Counted from the first letter of the stretch, positions 38,629 to 49,576 are shown. The stretch is DNA of 64,000 nt from Chiloscyllium plagiosum (GCF_004010195.1 NC_057720.1:13533189-13597188), one strand, 5' to 3'. Numbers and translations are program-made. The notes: generated by a model not told the origin, from the letters alone.

Positions 38629-38773
38629 AGTTAAAAATCACACAAAACCAGGGGTTATAGCCACCTGATGAAAGAGCGGCACTCCGAAAGCTAGTGCTTT
38701 CAAATAAACCTGTTGGACTATAACCTGGTGTTGTGTGATTTTTAATTTTGTACACCCCAGTCCAGCTCCAAAT
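38629..38773 (+). mobile_element. PLE family B terminal repeat with a short inverted 5' arm, 13-bp TSD
   Basis: TSD tgagagtaaacta (38616-38628) / tgagactaaacta (38774-38786); hammerhead core at 38662-38696 (CAC-CTGATGA...GAAA-GCTA-GTG, weakened stem II). Confidence 0.85.
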
Positions 38774-39532
38774 TGAGACTAAACTAGTTAGTAATATAAT
38801 AGAAGATTGCAAGAGTTTTTTTTTAGACATATAAAAAGTATGAGAGCGGCAAGAGTGGGCATTGGACTGTTGAAGAATGAGGCTGGGGAAGTAGTAATGT
38901 GGAACAAAAAATGGCGGAGGAACTGAATTGGTACTTTGCAGTTTTCACTGTGGAAGATACCAACAGCATATCAGAGCTTCAAGACAGTCAGGGGCCAGAG
39001 ATGAGTGTGGTGGCTATCACTAAAGAGAAGGTACTGGGAAGCTGAGAAGTCTGAGGATGGATAAATCACCCAGATGAGATGGATTACACCTCTGAATTCT
39101 GAAGGAGATAACTAAGGAGATTGTGGAGGCATTGGTGGTGATCTTTCAGGAATCACTGGAGTCAAGAAGGGTCCCAGAATTCTGGAAAATGGCTAGTGTT
39201 AACACCCTGATAAGGAGGGAGGGATGCAGAAGACAGAAAACTATAGGCAGGTGAGCCTAACTTGAATTGTTGGTAAGATTTATAGTCCATCATTAATTAT
39301 GAGATCGTGGGGTACATGGTAAAAGAGGGCTGTCAACATAGATTTGTCAATGGAAGTTCATGCCTAACAAATCGGTTAGAATTCATTGAGGAGGTAACTA
39401 GCGAGTTAGACAAAAGAGAACTAGTGGACATGATCTAGTTGGATTTTCAGTAGGCATTTGACAATTATGTTGTATAGGAGGCTGCTTAACACAATAAGAG
39501 CCCATGGTATTAGGGGCAAAGAACTGGCATGG

Positions 39533-40210
39533 CAAAGTTTTACATGCACATCCACCAGTATCATTTATTGTATCCGTTGCTCCCAATCTGGTCTCCTCTA
39601 CATTGGGGAGACTGGGCGCCTCCTAGCAGAGCACTTTAGGGAACATCTCCGAGACACCCGCACCAATCAACCAAACCGCCCCGTGGCCCAACATTTTAAC
39701 TCCCCCTCCCACTCTGCGACATGGAGGTCCTGGGCCTCCTTCACCGCCTCTCCCTCACCACCAGACGCTTGGAGGAAGAACGCCTCATCTTCCGCCTCGG
39801 AACACTTCAACCCCAGGGCATCAATGTGGATTTCAACAGTTTCCTCATTTCCCCTTCCCCCACCTCATCCTAGCTTCTAACCTCCAGAAACTCGATCCCC
39901 TGACCTGTCCGGACTTGTCCGACCTGCCCAGCTCCTTTTCCACCTATCCACTCCACCCTCTCCTCCCTGACCTATCACCTTCATCTCCTCCCCCACTCAC
40001 CCATTGTACTCTAGACTACTCTCTCCACACCCCCACCCTCCCCTAGATTATCTCTCCACACTTCAGACTCTCTGACTTTATTCCTGATGAAGGGCTTTTG
40101 CCCGAAACGTCGATTTCGCTGCTCGTTGGATGCTGCCTGAATTGCTGTGCTCCTCCAGCACCACTGATACAGAATCTGGTTTCCAGCATCTGCAGTTATT
40201 GTTTTTACCT
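39533..40210 (+). mobile_element. 5'-truncated PLE family A: GIY-YIG endonuclease remnant, 3' UTR and terminal repeat
   Basis: FTCTSTSIIYCIRCSQSGLLYIGETGRLLAEHFREH...PVAQHFNSPSH, then after a frameshift MEVLGLLH..RRLEEERLIFRLGTLQPQGINVDF; flanked by catgg/catgg inside the CR1 RT. Confidence 0.92.
40080..40115 (+). ncRNA. Minimal type-I hammerhead ribozyme motif, family A (intact)
   Basis: ATTC-CTGATGA-A-GGGC(TTTT)GCCC-GAAA-CGTC-GATT; palindromic helix III ACGT; GUC cleavage triplet ending at 40111. Confidence 0.85.
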
Positions 40211-40566
40211 CATGGATAGAGGATTGGCTACTTGGCAGAAGGTGGAGAGTATAGACAAAAGAGGTCTTTTTCAGGATGGCAGCCAGTGACCAGTGGAGTT
40301 CTGCAGGGTCCTGCATTGGGACCACCAATATTCATGCTATATATTAGCAATCTGGATGAAGAAACTGAGGACATCGTTGCTAAATTTGCAGATTCCATGA
40401 AGGTAGGTGGAGGAACAAGTTGTGTTGAGAAGGTGGGAAGGCTGCAGAAGAACTTGGACAGGCTAGGAGAGTGGCCAAAGAAGTGGCAGATGGAATACAA
40501 TGTGGGAAGGTTTAGGTAATGCACTTTGATAGGAAGAATATAGACATATGTTATTTTCTAAATGGG

Positions 40567-40771
40567 AGAAAGTGAGGGCTGCAGATGCTAGAGATCAGAG
40601 TCGAAAAGTGTGGTGATGAAAAAGCACAGCAGGTCAGGCAGCATCCGAGGAGCAGGAGAGTCAACGTTTCAGGCATTTCTGATGAAGGCCTTATGCCCGA
40701 AACGTCATCTCCCCTGCTCCTCGGATGCTGCTTGACCAGTTGTGCTTTTCCAGCACCACACGTTTTGACTC
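40567..40771. mobile_element. PLE family A fold-back insertion, 15-bp TSD, hammerhead core at 40679-40706
   Basis: TSD tattttctaaatggg (40552-40566) / tattttttaaatggg (40772-40786); inverted arms. Confidence 0.85.
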
Positions 40772-40819
40772 TATTTTTTAAATGGGGATATCTGAAGCAT
40801 AAAGGGACCTGGGAGTGCT

Positions 40820-41020
40820 AGTTTGATCAGATCTATGTTTTATGATTTATGTTTGTCACATGTACCTCAGTACAGTGAAAAGTTTTGTTTTGCCTGCAGT
40901 ACAGGCAGATCATAGCAAATAAGGAGATTTAATCATAGGGTGCTCAGACAGAGCGAGCCATACAAGATTATGACTGTGCAGAAGGTGCACAAAAGCAAGG
41001 TCAACATTAGATTTGAATAT
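40820..41020 (-). repeat. LINE 3' tail fragment (cttttcactgtactgaggtacatgtgacaa) nested in the CR1
   Basis: Motif shared with 42727-42790 and 3275-3395; family not identified. Confidence 0.55.
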
Positions 41021-41444
41021 AGTTAAGGGTTCTCTTAAGGTTAATATACAGGTTCATTCGCAGTTAGGAAGGCAAATACAATGTTAGCATTCATTTCAAG
41101 ATGGCTAGAATACAAGAGCAGAGATGTACTGCTGAGGCTGCATATGGCTCCAGTCAGATTGCATTTAAAATATTGTGTGAGTAGTTTTGGGCCCCATTTC
41201 TAAGGTAGGAGTGTTGGCCTTTGAGGGGATCCAGAGTAGGTTTACAAGAATGACCCCAGTGATGAAGGGCTTGTCATAGGAGGAGCAGTTGAGGGCCCTG
41301 GGTCTGTCATCAGTGGAGTTTAGAAGGATGATGGGGGAGTTTGATTGAAACTTACATCTCTCTGCCTCTACCATGCTTTCCTTCTTCAAAATATAAGTTT
41401 AAGACCTGCCTCTTTGGCCAAGCTATCAGTCATCTGACCTAATA

Positions 41445-41735
41445 CTTCTGGGGAAGAGTCATCTAGACTTGAAACGTTAGCTTGCTCTCTCTCTCTCCAT
41501 GAATGCAGAACTAGACGGCATAGGTTTAGGGTGAGAGGGAAGGGTTTGGAGGGACATGGGCTGGGTGCTGGCAGGTAGGACTAGATTGGGTTGGGATATC
41601 TGCTCGGTATGGACGGGTTGGACCGAAGCGTCTGTTTCCGTGCTGTACATCTCTATGACTCTATGAATGCTGCTGGACCTGCTGTGATCTCCAGGATTTT
41701 GTTTTGTTTTCAGTACAGATTTCAGCATCTGCAGT
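41445..41735 (+). mobile_element. PLE family D terminal repeat with a decayed hammerhead (41448-41480), split by a CR1 tail (41507-41662)
   Basis: CTGGGGA-A-GAGTC(ATCTA)GACTT-GAAA-CGTT; the CR1 tail is flanked by duplicated atgaatgc (41499-41506 / 41663-41670). Confidence 0.7.
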
Positions 41736-42174
41736 CAGGTGCTCCTAATACTTCCTTATTTGGCTTGGTGTCACACTTTGCATTGTAATGCACCTGTGAA
41801 GTGCTTTGGGAAAGCTTTAAAACTGCTCAGAGGTTATTGTTGTTGTCCCTCTCCTGCTGAGAGGGTTGCATTCCCCTTTTGTACCTCACCACACTTGTGG
41901 CCATTCTTAAAATGTGACCTTGGACCATAAACTAGAGGAGGAGGGCTTTTTCTGACTAAAAGGATACCTCTTCTTGTTAGCAGGTGGTTAGCGATCCAGA
42001 AATGAAATCCTGAAGTATAATTCCCTTGCCCATCCAGGCAAACTAGAGTGGCTCAAAGCTTCTGGGGATAAGTCTCCAGAATTTAACTGGCCATTTCACT
42101 TCCTCAAAATTGCCTGCATGCCATCACGGGGGATCCAGGAGTGCTCTTTAAACCAAGTTCACTTTAAACCAAGT

Positions 42175-42482
42175 GGGCGGCACGGTGGCACAGTGGTTAG
42201 CACTGCTGCCTCGCAGCGCCAGAGACCCGGGTTCAATTCCCGCCTCAGGCGACTGACTGTGTGGAGTTTGCACATTCTCCCCGTGTCTGCGTGGGTTTCC
42301 TCCGGGTGCTCCGGTTTCCTCCCACAGTCCAAAGATGTGCAAGTCAGGTGAATTGGCCATGTTAAATTGTCCGTAGTGTTAGGTTAGGGGTATGGGTGGT
42401 TTGCGCTTCGGCGGGTCGGTGTGGACTTGTTGGGCCGAAGGGCCTGTTTCCACACTGTAAAGTAATCTAATCTAATCTAATA
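42175..42482 (+). mobile_element. HE1-type V-SINE (young, CpG-rich copy)
   Basis: Intact A/B boxes, V-domain and (aatct)n tail. Confidence 0.92.
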
Positions 42483-42590
42483 AAATTCACTCAAAATCCA
42501 TCAGAGTCATTTAATACAGGATGGACTTCACTTTCCCAATTCTTATATTATCATAGTGACATTATTTTGTTTTACTATAACCTGTTGGAG

Positions 42591-42888
42591 AAAGTGAGGA
42601 CCGCAGATATTGGAGATCAGAGTCGAGAGTGTGGTGCTGGAAAAGCACAGCCAGTCAGGCAGCATCCGAGGAGCAGGAGAATCGACATTTCAAATATAAA
42701 CCCTTCATCAGGAATGAGATGTTCTTAACAAAACTTTTCACTGTACTGAGGTACATGTGACAACAATAAATCAAACCAGATCAAACTTAAAACTCCCTTC
42801 CTGATGAAGGGCTTATACCCGAAACATTGATTCTCCTGCTCCTCGGATGCTACCTGACCGGCTGTGCTTTTCCAGCACCACACACTTG
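42591..42888. mobile_element. PLE family A fold-back insertion with a foreign spacer, 17-bp TSD
   Basis: TSD actataacctgttggag (42574-42590) / actatgacctgttggag (42889-42905); decayed hammerheads at ~42679-42715(-) and 42798-42831(+). Confidence 0.85.
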
Positions 42889-42907
42889 ACTATGACCTGT
42901 TGGAGTA

Positions 42908-43052
42908 TGTTAAAAATCACACAAAACTGGGTTATAGTTCAACAGGTTTATTTGGAAGCACTAGCTTTCGGAGCGCTGCTCCTTTATCAAATGATTGTTG
43001 GACCATAACCTGGTGTTGTGTGATTTTTAACTTTGTCCAACCTAGTCCAACA
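42908..43052. mobile_element. PLE family B fold-back fragment, hammerhead core mutated (TTGATAA)
   Basis: Left arm is the reverse complement of the family B terminus; right arm tgttggaccataacctggtgttgtgtgatttttaac. Confidence 0.8.
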
Positions 43053-43554
43053 TCATCAGTTAGGTTAGCTTTTTTTCCCCCATTTGTTTCCTCAGCTGTT
43101 ACTGCTCTCAGGTAATAGGCAGAGCTCTTAACTGCAACAGTCTGTGTCCTCCTGGAACCAAACTCCCATGCTTCAAAGGTAATAGTGTGCACAGTACTCA
43201 GTGTGAACAGAGACCAAAGCAGTGGGACTGCAGTATTCCACTTTCATTTTAAAAACCCACATGATTCCTCCACTTACTGCTGTGGAGTCAGCCCTATTGT
43301 ATTGTAATAAGGCTTATGGGGTGTGAGGCTTTGCAGAGGATAGCTTCAATGTCACCACTAAAAATGTTAATGATGCTGATTATCACAAGATAAATCGAAA
43401 GGAGGTTCCTCTTGAAGTTTGTGGGATTTTTTCTTAACAATACTGTTGTTGATAGCCACGGCCAATCCTACGAGCCATGTCTTGTGCAGTCAGTGGCAAC
43501 TTGCCACGATTTGCTGGGGCTGGTGGTCAGGTAGGTGCTTTCATTTTTAAAACT

Positions 43555-44802
43555 AAAGAAAAACCGAAAGAACAGCGGCTGCTGTAAATCAGAAGCAAAA
43601 CCAGAAAAGCTCAACAGCATCTATGGAGAGAAATCAGATATAACGTTTTGGGTCATAGAGTCATAGAGATGTACTTCAAGGAAACAGACCCTTCGGTCCA
43701 TCTCGTCCATGCCAACCAGATATCCGAACCTAATCTAATCCCTTTTGCCAGCACCCGGCCCATATCCCTCCAAACCCTTCCTATTCATATACCCATCTAG
43801 ATGCCTTTTAAATGTCGCAATTGTACCAGCCTCCACCACATCCTCTGGCAGCTCATTCCATACCCGTACCACCCTCTGCGTGAACAAGTTGCCCCTTAGG
43901 TCCCTTTTATATCTTTCTCACACTAAACCTATTCCCTCTAGTTCTGGACTTACCCCACCTCAGAGAAAAGACCGGGGTCGAATTACCTTTTCTCAGACTT
44001 CATTTGGTGTTATTATGTCTAACTGATCAGAGCACTGACTCTTGAGATAGCAGTAGGTAAGTCCCCCCCACCTGACACATAAGACCATAAGACATAGGAA
44101 TGGAAGTAAGGCCATTCAGCCCGTTGAGTCCACTCTACCATTTAATCCCAAACTGCTGTAGTCCTATTTGCCAGTACTTGGCTCATATCCCAAACCCTTC
44201 CTATTCATATACCCATCTAGATGCCTTGTAAATGCTATAATTGTACCAGCCTCCACTACTTCCTCTGGCAACTCATTCCATACATGCACCACCCTCTGCG
44301 TGAACAAGTTGCCCCTTAGGTCCCTTTTATATCTTTCCCCTCTCACGCTAAACCTATGCCCTCTAGTTCTGGACTTCCCCCACCCCAGGGAAAAGACCGG
44401 GGTTGAATGACCTATCCACAGACCTCATTTGTTGTTATTATGTCTTACTGAGGAGAAAGTGAGGACTGCAGATGCTGGAGATCAGAGATGAAAAATGTGT
44501 TGCTGAAAAAGCGCAGCAGGTCAGGCAGCATCCAAGGAGCAGCAGAATCGATGTTTCGGGCATAAGCTTCGGGATTCCTGAAGAAGGGCTTATGGCCGAA
44601 ACGTCGATTCTCCTGCTCCTTGGATGCTGCCTGACCTGCTGTGCTTTTCCAGCAACACATTTTTCAGCTTATGTCTTACTGATCAGAGCACTGACCCTTG
44701 AGATAACATCGAGTATGTCCCCGCCACTTGAGACATAAGACCATAAGACCATAAGACATAGGAGTGGAAGTAAGGCTATTCAGCCCATTGAGCCATTTAA
44801 TC
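43555..44802 (-). repeat. Composite, tandemly duplicated block of PLE and CR1 3' fragments
   Basis: PLE terminus at 43555-43654; CR1 3' ends at 43652-43971 and 44159-44396; junction block repeated at 43972-44158 and 44397-44802. Confidence 0.85.
44452..44668. mobile_element. PLE family A fold-back insertion, perfect 14-bp TSD, hammerhead core at 44574-44610
   Basis: TSD ttatgtcttactga (44438-44451 / 44669-44682); CTGAAGA-A-GGGC(TTAT)GGCC-GAAA-CGTC. The empty site is visible in the paralogous copies at ~10065 and ~44012. Confidence 0.92.
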
Positions 44803-44823
44803 ATGGCTGATGGGCATTTCAAT

Positions 44824-45145
44824 GGGCGGCATGGTGGCATAGTGGTTAGCACTGCTGTCTTACAGCGCCAGAGACCCGGGTTCAATTCCCGGCTCAGGCA
44901 CCTGTCTGCGTGGAGTTTGCACATTCTCCCTGTGCCTGCGTGGGTTTCCTCCGGGTGCTCCAGTTTCCTCTCACAGTCCAAAATTGTGCAGATTAGGTGA
45001 ATTGGCCATGCTAAATTGGCCGTAGTGCTAGGTTAAGGGGTAAATGTAGGGGAATGGGTCTGGGTGGGTTGCTCTTCGGAGGGTCGGTGTGGATGTGGAC
45101 TTGTTGGGCCGAAGGGCCTGTTTCCACACTGTAAGTAATCTAATC
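44824..45145 (+). mobile_element. HE1-type V-SINE nested in a - strand CR1 3' fragment (~44735-45705)
   Basis: V-domain and (aatct)n tail; CR1 peptide on both sides (ORF 45144-45791 C-terminal part). Confidence 0.9.
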
Positions 45146-45468
45146 AACACCACTTACCTGCACTCTCCATGTAGCCGTTAATTCCTTGCAAGATCAGGAA
45201 TTTATCAATCTCTGCCTTGAAGACAGTAAATGTCCCGGCCTCCACTGCAGTCCAGGGAAATGAATTCCACAGGCCCACCATTCTCTGGCTGAAGAAATGT
45301 CTCCTTTTTTCCGTTCCAAATTCACCCCCTTTAATTCTAAGGCTGTGCCCATAGGTCCTAATTTCCCCGGCTAACGGAAACAAATTCCCAGCATCCATCC
45401 TTCCTAAGCTATGCATTATCTGGTAAGTTTCTATTAGATCTCCTCTCGACCTTCTAAATTCTAATGAA

Positions 45469-45682
45469 AGAGGTAAAAACAAGGACTGCAGATGCTGGAA
45501 ACCAGATTCTGGATTAGTGGTGCTGGAAAAGCACAGCAGGTCAGGCAGCATCCGAGGAGCAGTTAAAATCGACGTTTTGGGCAAAAGCCCTATTCCTGAT
45601 GAAGGGCTTTTGCCCGAAACATCGATTTTACTGTTCCTCGGATGCTGCTTGAACTGCTGTGCTTTTCCAGCACCACTAATCC
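45469..45682. mobile_element. PLE family A fold-back insertion, 13-bp TSD, hammerhead core at 45592-45627
   Basis: TSD aaattctaatgaa (45456-45468) / aaactctaatgaa (45683-45695); CTGATGA-A-GGGC(TTTT)GCCC-GAAA-CATC. Confidence 0.88.
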
Positions 45683-45980
45683 AAACTCTAATGAATACAG
45701 TCCCATGCTGGCAAGGTCCATGGCAGTGACATGGCACAGATTTACAAATGCAGCTCCTTCCTTCAGAGCTTGTGTCGTCCATGTACACCATCTATCGGCT
45801 TCCCATGTGAATGTCTCCCTTCCTGGCAATACCTCCCAGCAGCCATTCTGCATTGTGCCACCAGAATAGACCTGGAGGTCTGGGGTGAGGTGAGGTGAGG
45901 CAAGAAAGGTCAGGAACTGAAAGCCTGGAGGAAGATTCCGGACTCGCGTCATGTGAATGAACCAGACATTCACATGAATT

Positions 45981-46132
45981 AGGAGAAAGTGAGGACTGCA
46001 GATGCTGGAGATCAGAGCTGAAAATGTGTTGCTGGAAAAGCACAGCAGGTCAGGCAGCATCCAAGGAGCAGGAGAATCGACGTTTCGGGCATGAGCCCTT
46101 CTTCAGGAATGATTCCAGCAACACATTTTCAG
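45981..46132 (-). mobile_element. PLE family A terminal repeat with a short inverted arm
   Basis: Same family as 44452-44668; the arm ttccagcaacacattttcagc folds back on 46017-46037. Confidence 0.85.
46074..46110 (-). ncRNA. Minimal type-I hammerhead ribozyme motif, family A (intact)
   Basis: Minus strand ATTC-CTGAAGA-A-GGGC(TCAT)GCCC-GAAA-CGTC-GATTC. Confidence 0.85.
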
Positions 46133-46254
46133 CAGAAATAATTAATTGCTGCAAATTATTATTGCTTCTCAAAAAATGTTCAACAAACAGCTTGGAGTAT
46201 CAGCAAATGACTGTGGAATACAGAAAGTACATTACTGTAGCTTCAGCCAAAAGG

Positions 46255-46573
46255 AGGCACGGGGTGGCATGGTGGTTCAGTGATTAGCCCTACTGCCTCA
46301 CAGCACCAGGATCGCAGGTTCGATTCCAGCCTTGGGCAACTGTCGATGTGGAGTTTGCACATTCTTCCTGTGTCTGTGTGGGTTTCCTCCGGTTTCTTCC
46401 CACAGTCCAAAGATGTGCAGGCCAGGTGAATTGGCCATGCTAAATTGCCCTTAGTGTTAGGTGCATTAGTCAGAGGGAAATGGGTCTGGGTGGGTTACTC
46501 TTCGGAGGGTCGGTGTGAAGTTGTTGGGCTGAAGGGCCTGTTTCCACACTGTAGGGAATCTAATCTAATCTAA
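46255..46573 (+). mobile_element. HE1-type V-SINE
   Basis: tRNA-like head, V-domain and (aatct)n tail. Confidence 0.88.
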
Positions 46574-47540
46574 ACAAGAGTGGAGCTAGGTCCAACATCT
46601 CATAACAAGCTGGAGGTGAAAATATAACAACAACGAATTGAATTTATATAATGCCTTTAAGACAATAGCAGAAAAAAAGGAGCAGGAAGCCATTCAGCCC
46701 TTCAAGCCTGCCCCACCATTCAATACAATCATGGCTAATTATCAGTACCCTTTTTCCCCATATTCTTTGATCCCTTCAGCCCTAAGAATTGCATCTAACT
46801 CTTTCTCAAAAACATTCAACGTTTTGCCCTCAACTGCTGTCTGTGGTGGAGAATTCCACAGGGATAAACATTCCAAAATGCTTCATAGGCACCTAACCAA
46901 ACAACATTTTGATACCGAGCCACAGAAAGAGATGACAGGGCGAGTGACCGAATGGCTCATCTTCACACGGAGAGAATGGAGAAGAAGCAGGGAGGTTTCT
47001 GGGGACGTGGGGATATACCACAACTTGGTGGCTGAGGCTTTCTTATGAGGCGACTGGGAAATTTAAAAAGCTATGAGAGGTCTTTGGCAGGGATATCTGC
47101 CCAAGGGCACAGCAGGAGTTTCACAGTACATCACCTTTTGTAACACTATACTCCAAACATTTTAAATATTATTGGAAATTTTAAATAGAAACCACTTTTA
47201 TGAAAATATTTTGAAAAATATTAATGTCCAGATTACTTTTGGTTTTGGAAGCTTGTTAGGAAGTTTTTTCTAAAAGAAACCGATTGACCCTATGTTGTTG
47301 CAATCTCATTTCCTAATCTGCATGAAGTGTTGTATTTTGCTTAACTCACTGTTAACTGGGACAAACTTTTATTCAAAATTTCATTTCTGAAACTACTTTC
47401 AGCTCACTTGCAAATTAGCTCCAATTTACACACCGGGAGCTTGCAACTCAGATATTCTTGCCAGCAATGTTCCTTTGAATGTGCATTACATTACTTGGAA
47501 AGTATAACAAAGTTTGGGAACATGATTGGTGTAGACTGAA

Positions 47541-47862
47541 GGAGAAAGTGAGGACTGCAGATGCTGGTGATCAGAGTCGAAGAGTGTGGTGCTGGGAAAG
47601 CACAACAGATTGAGTCCTCCGCTTTCCTCCCACAGTCAAAAGATGTGCAGTTCAGGTGAATTGGCCATGCTAAATTGCCCGTAGTGTTAGGTGAAGGGGT
47701 AACTGTAGGGGTGTGGGTGGGTTGCGCATCGGCGGGTCGGTGTGGACTTGTTGGGCCGAAGGGCCTGCTCCCATACTGTAAGTAATCTAATCTAATCTAA
47801 TCAGGCAGCTTCCAAGGAGCAGAAGAATCGACATTTCGAGCATAAGCTCTTCATCAGGAATG
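47541..47862 (-). mobile_element. PLE family A terminal repeat split by a 5'-truncated V-SINE (+, ~47620-47802)
   Basis: PLE arms at 47541-47608 and 47801-47862 are collinear across the SINE. Confidence 0.82.
47825..47861 (-). ncRNA. Minimal hammerhead motif, family A variant with compensated stem II
   Basis: Minus strand ATTC-CTGATGA-A-GAGC(TTAT)GCTC-GAAA-TGTC-GATTC. Confidence 0.75.
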
Positions 47863-47969
47863 TGTTGGACTGAAGGGTCTGTTTCCATGTTTGACTGTAT
47901 TGCAGGAAATCAATTATATACTTCATACATGACAAAACATTCAGATGGAAATAATCTTATTTATAGTCA

Positions 47970-48300
47970 CAGGATCTCTACAGTGTGGAAGCAGGCTATT
48001 CAGCCCATCGAGTTCACAACCCTCCAAATAGCATCTCACCCAGAACCAAACCCCTACCCTATCCCCATAACCCTGCATTTCCCATGACTAAACCACCTCA
48101 CCTGCACATCCCTGGACACTATGGGCAATTTAGCATCACCATTCCACATTAACCTGTACATCTTTGGACTGTTGGAGGAAACTGGAGCACCCGAAGGAAA
48201 CCCACAGACACGGGGAGAATGTGCGAACTCCACGCAGGCAATTACCCAAGGGTGGAACCAAACCCAGGTCCCTGGCACTGTGAGACAGCAGTGTCGCCCT
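47970..48300 (-). mobile_element. V-SINE
   Basis: Reverse complement carries the V-domain (gtggagttcgcacattctccccgtgtctgtgggtttcc). Confidence 0.85.
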
Positions 48301-49419
48301 TGCTTATAGACTAAGATAATGCCATTTTCCTACACAGAATGAATTTTGGTCCTGGTCCACATCATTAATTCTCGGAGTAATAAGGATGGTGCCAGACCTC
48401 TCTGTGATACTCCCATCTGCCACATTTTCCATCAATATTCATCGTGTAGGGGTGAGATGTGAAGCAATACATCTGAAAGTTCTTTCCATTTTGAGCCCTC
48501 AAAATTGGAACGAATCAGAGCAGTGGATAGAGCAGACAGAGGAGTCAGGTCGGTTGGGCTCTGAAAACAGTGGGAGCCAACAGTGGGTGAGAATCATATG
48601 CGCTGGGTGCAGTGGGGGATTGAGGGGATGGGATTGGGCATTACGAGGGTTGGGGATGATGGTTGTGAGAAGTGGGGAGGGTAGGAGCTGTGAGGATAGG
48701 GGGCCAGAGCAGTGAGAGTGGGGACAGGGTGCAATGAGAGCCGTGAGTAACAGGAGGAGGGAGAATTCAACTCAGAGCTAGATTCATTCCCTTAAACCAT
48801 GGCCACTACACAACAGCAAGAAAAATATCCTGCACATACCCTGGGGAGCTTGAAGCCAATCCTATGGATGTGAAACCACTGTGTTCGCTCCATGATCACC
48901 ATTTCTGTGATTGAGGAGGGGGTGCCCATGACCCCTGTTATTATGAGTTGTAGACCTCTCACCTAAAGTGCAAAGGGAGAAGGGCTGGTGACTAAGAAGC
49001 TGTGTCCTCCCTGTGTAACCTCAGGAGATAAAAGTAGAAATCAGAGGAGGAAGCATGGAGAGGGCTCAACTATCGTCTGGTGTGCCAATTTTTTATGCAG
49101 TGCAGAGAACATAATGTGAAAATAGAATGATCTGTATTATTGTAACTACATCTATCTTTGAGAAAGTTTTGAAGGAACAGATCAGATTTCTACAAGTATA
49201 CATTATATATATAGTTGCCACATGCCAAGGTCAAACACAGGTTAATTGGTTTTAGTGAGGCGAATTTGCAAACATCTGACAATCTGCAAACTTCCTACGT
49301 TAACAGCAATTAGCCAAGGCGTGAACTCCCTGTTGCTGAAGCAGTTTGCAGAAAGTCTGGTTTAAACTGTGTGGGCGGTTTGGCAGAATAAGTGACAAAG
49401 GCTTTGAGCTGTGGCTGAG

Positions 49420-49545
49420 TGGGTAGCACTCTTGTCTTGGAGCCGACAAGGTTGAGGGGCCAGTCCATCCTGGAGAGACTCTAACCTGGGAGAATTTGAC
49501 CTGAGAGTGCGTAACCTAGGCTTATAGCACTGAGGGACACTGGGT
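49420..49545 (+). mobile_element. DeuSINE (SacSINE1-like) 5' remnant
   Basis: gtgggtagcactcttgtc..gag...aaggttg and gcactgaggga motifs. Confidence 0.4.
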
Positions 49546-49549
49546 GGTT

Positions 49550-49576
49550 GGGGGGGGGGGGGGGGGGGGGGGGGGA
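49550..49576. repeat. Poly-G homopolymer (~26 nt)
   Basis: Direct observation. Confidence 0.9.

Larger units (their letters stand above)
32830..41356 (+). mobile_element. Old, near full-length CR1 LINE broken up by at least six nested insertions
   Basis: ORF1 N-terminus at 33072 (CICMMWEL..); esterase-like parts at ~33830-33930 and 37045-37400; endonuclease from ~37620; RT motifs at 40232-40519 (SGVLQGPALGP, KFADSMK); C-terminal region 41050-41356. The pieces are collinear. Confidence 0.85.

Noticed and set aside
39458..39880. Apparent RT-GIY-YIG fusion ORF
   Set aside because: Chance in-frame junction where a PLE inserted into a decayed CR1 RT (catgg duplication); no intact domains.
42175..42250. 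tRNA genes at SINE heads (also 36549, 44824, 52314)
   Set aside because: A/B boxes run straight into the V-domain and CR1-like tail; these are SINEs, not tRNA genes.
45144..46287. Cluster of overlapping ORFs (MLPDLLCFSS.., LLLGCCLTCCAFP..) as small Cys-rich proteins
   Set aside because: These peptides recur wherever the PLE terminal repeat occurs; they are translations of a non-coding repeat.
25655..47862. Recurring palindromic repeats as a CRISPR array or DNA-transposon MITEs
   Set aside because: Dispersed, unequal arms with variable TSD length and contiguous with GIY-YIG PLE sequence; no regular repeat-spacer pattern or fixed terminal inverted repeats.
49550..49576. Poly-G runs (also 19428-19440) as functional G-quadruplexes
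   Set aside because: Plain homopolymers of uncertain length with no supporting context.
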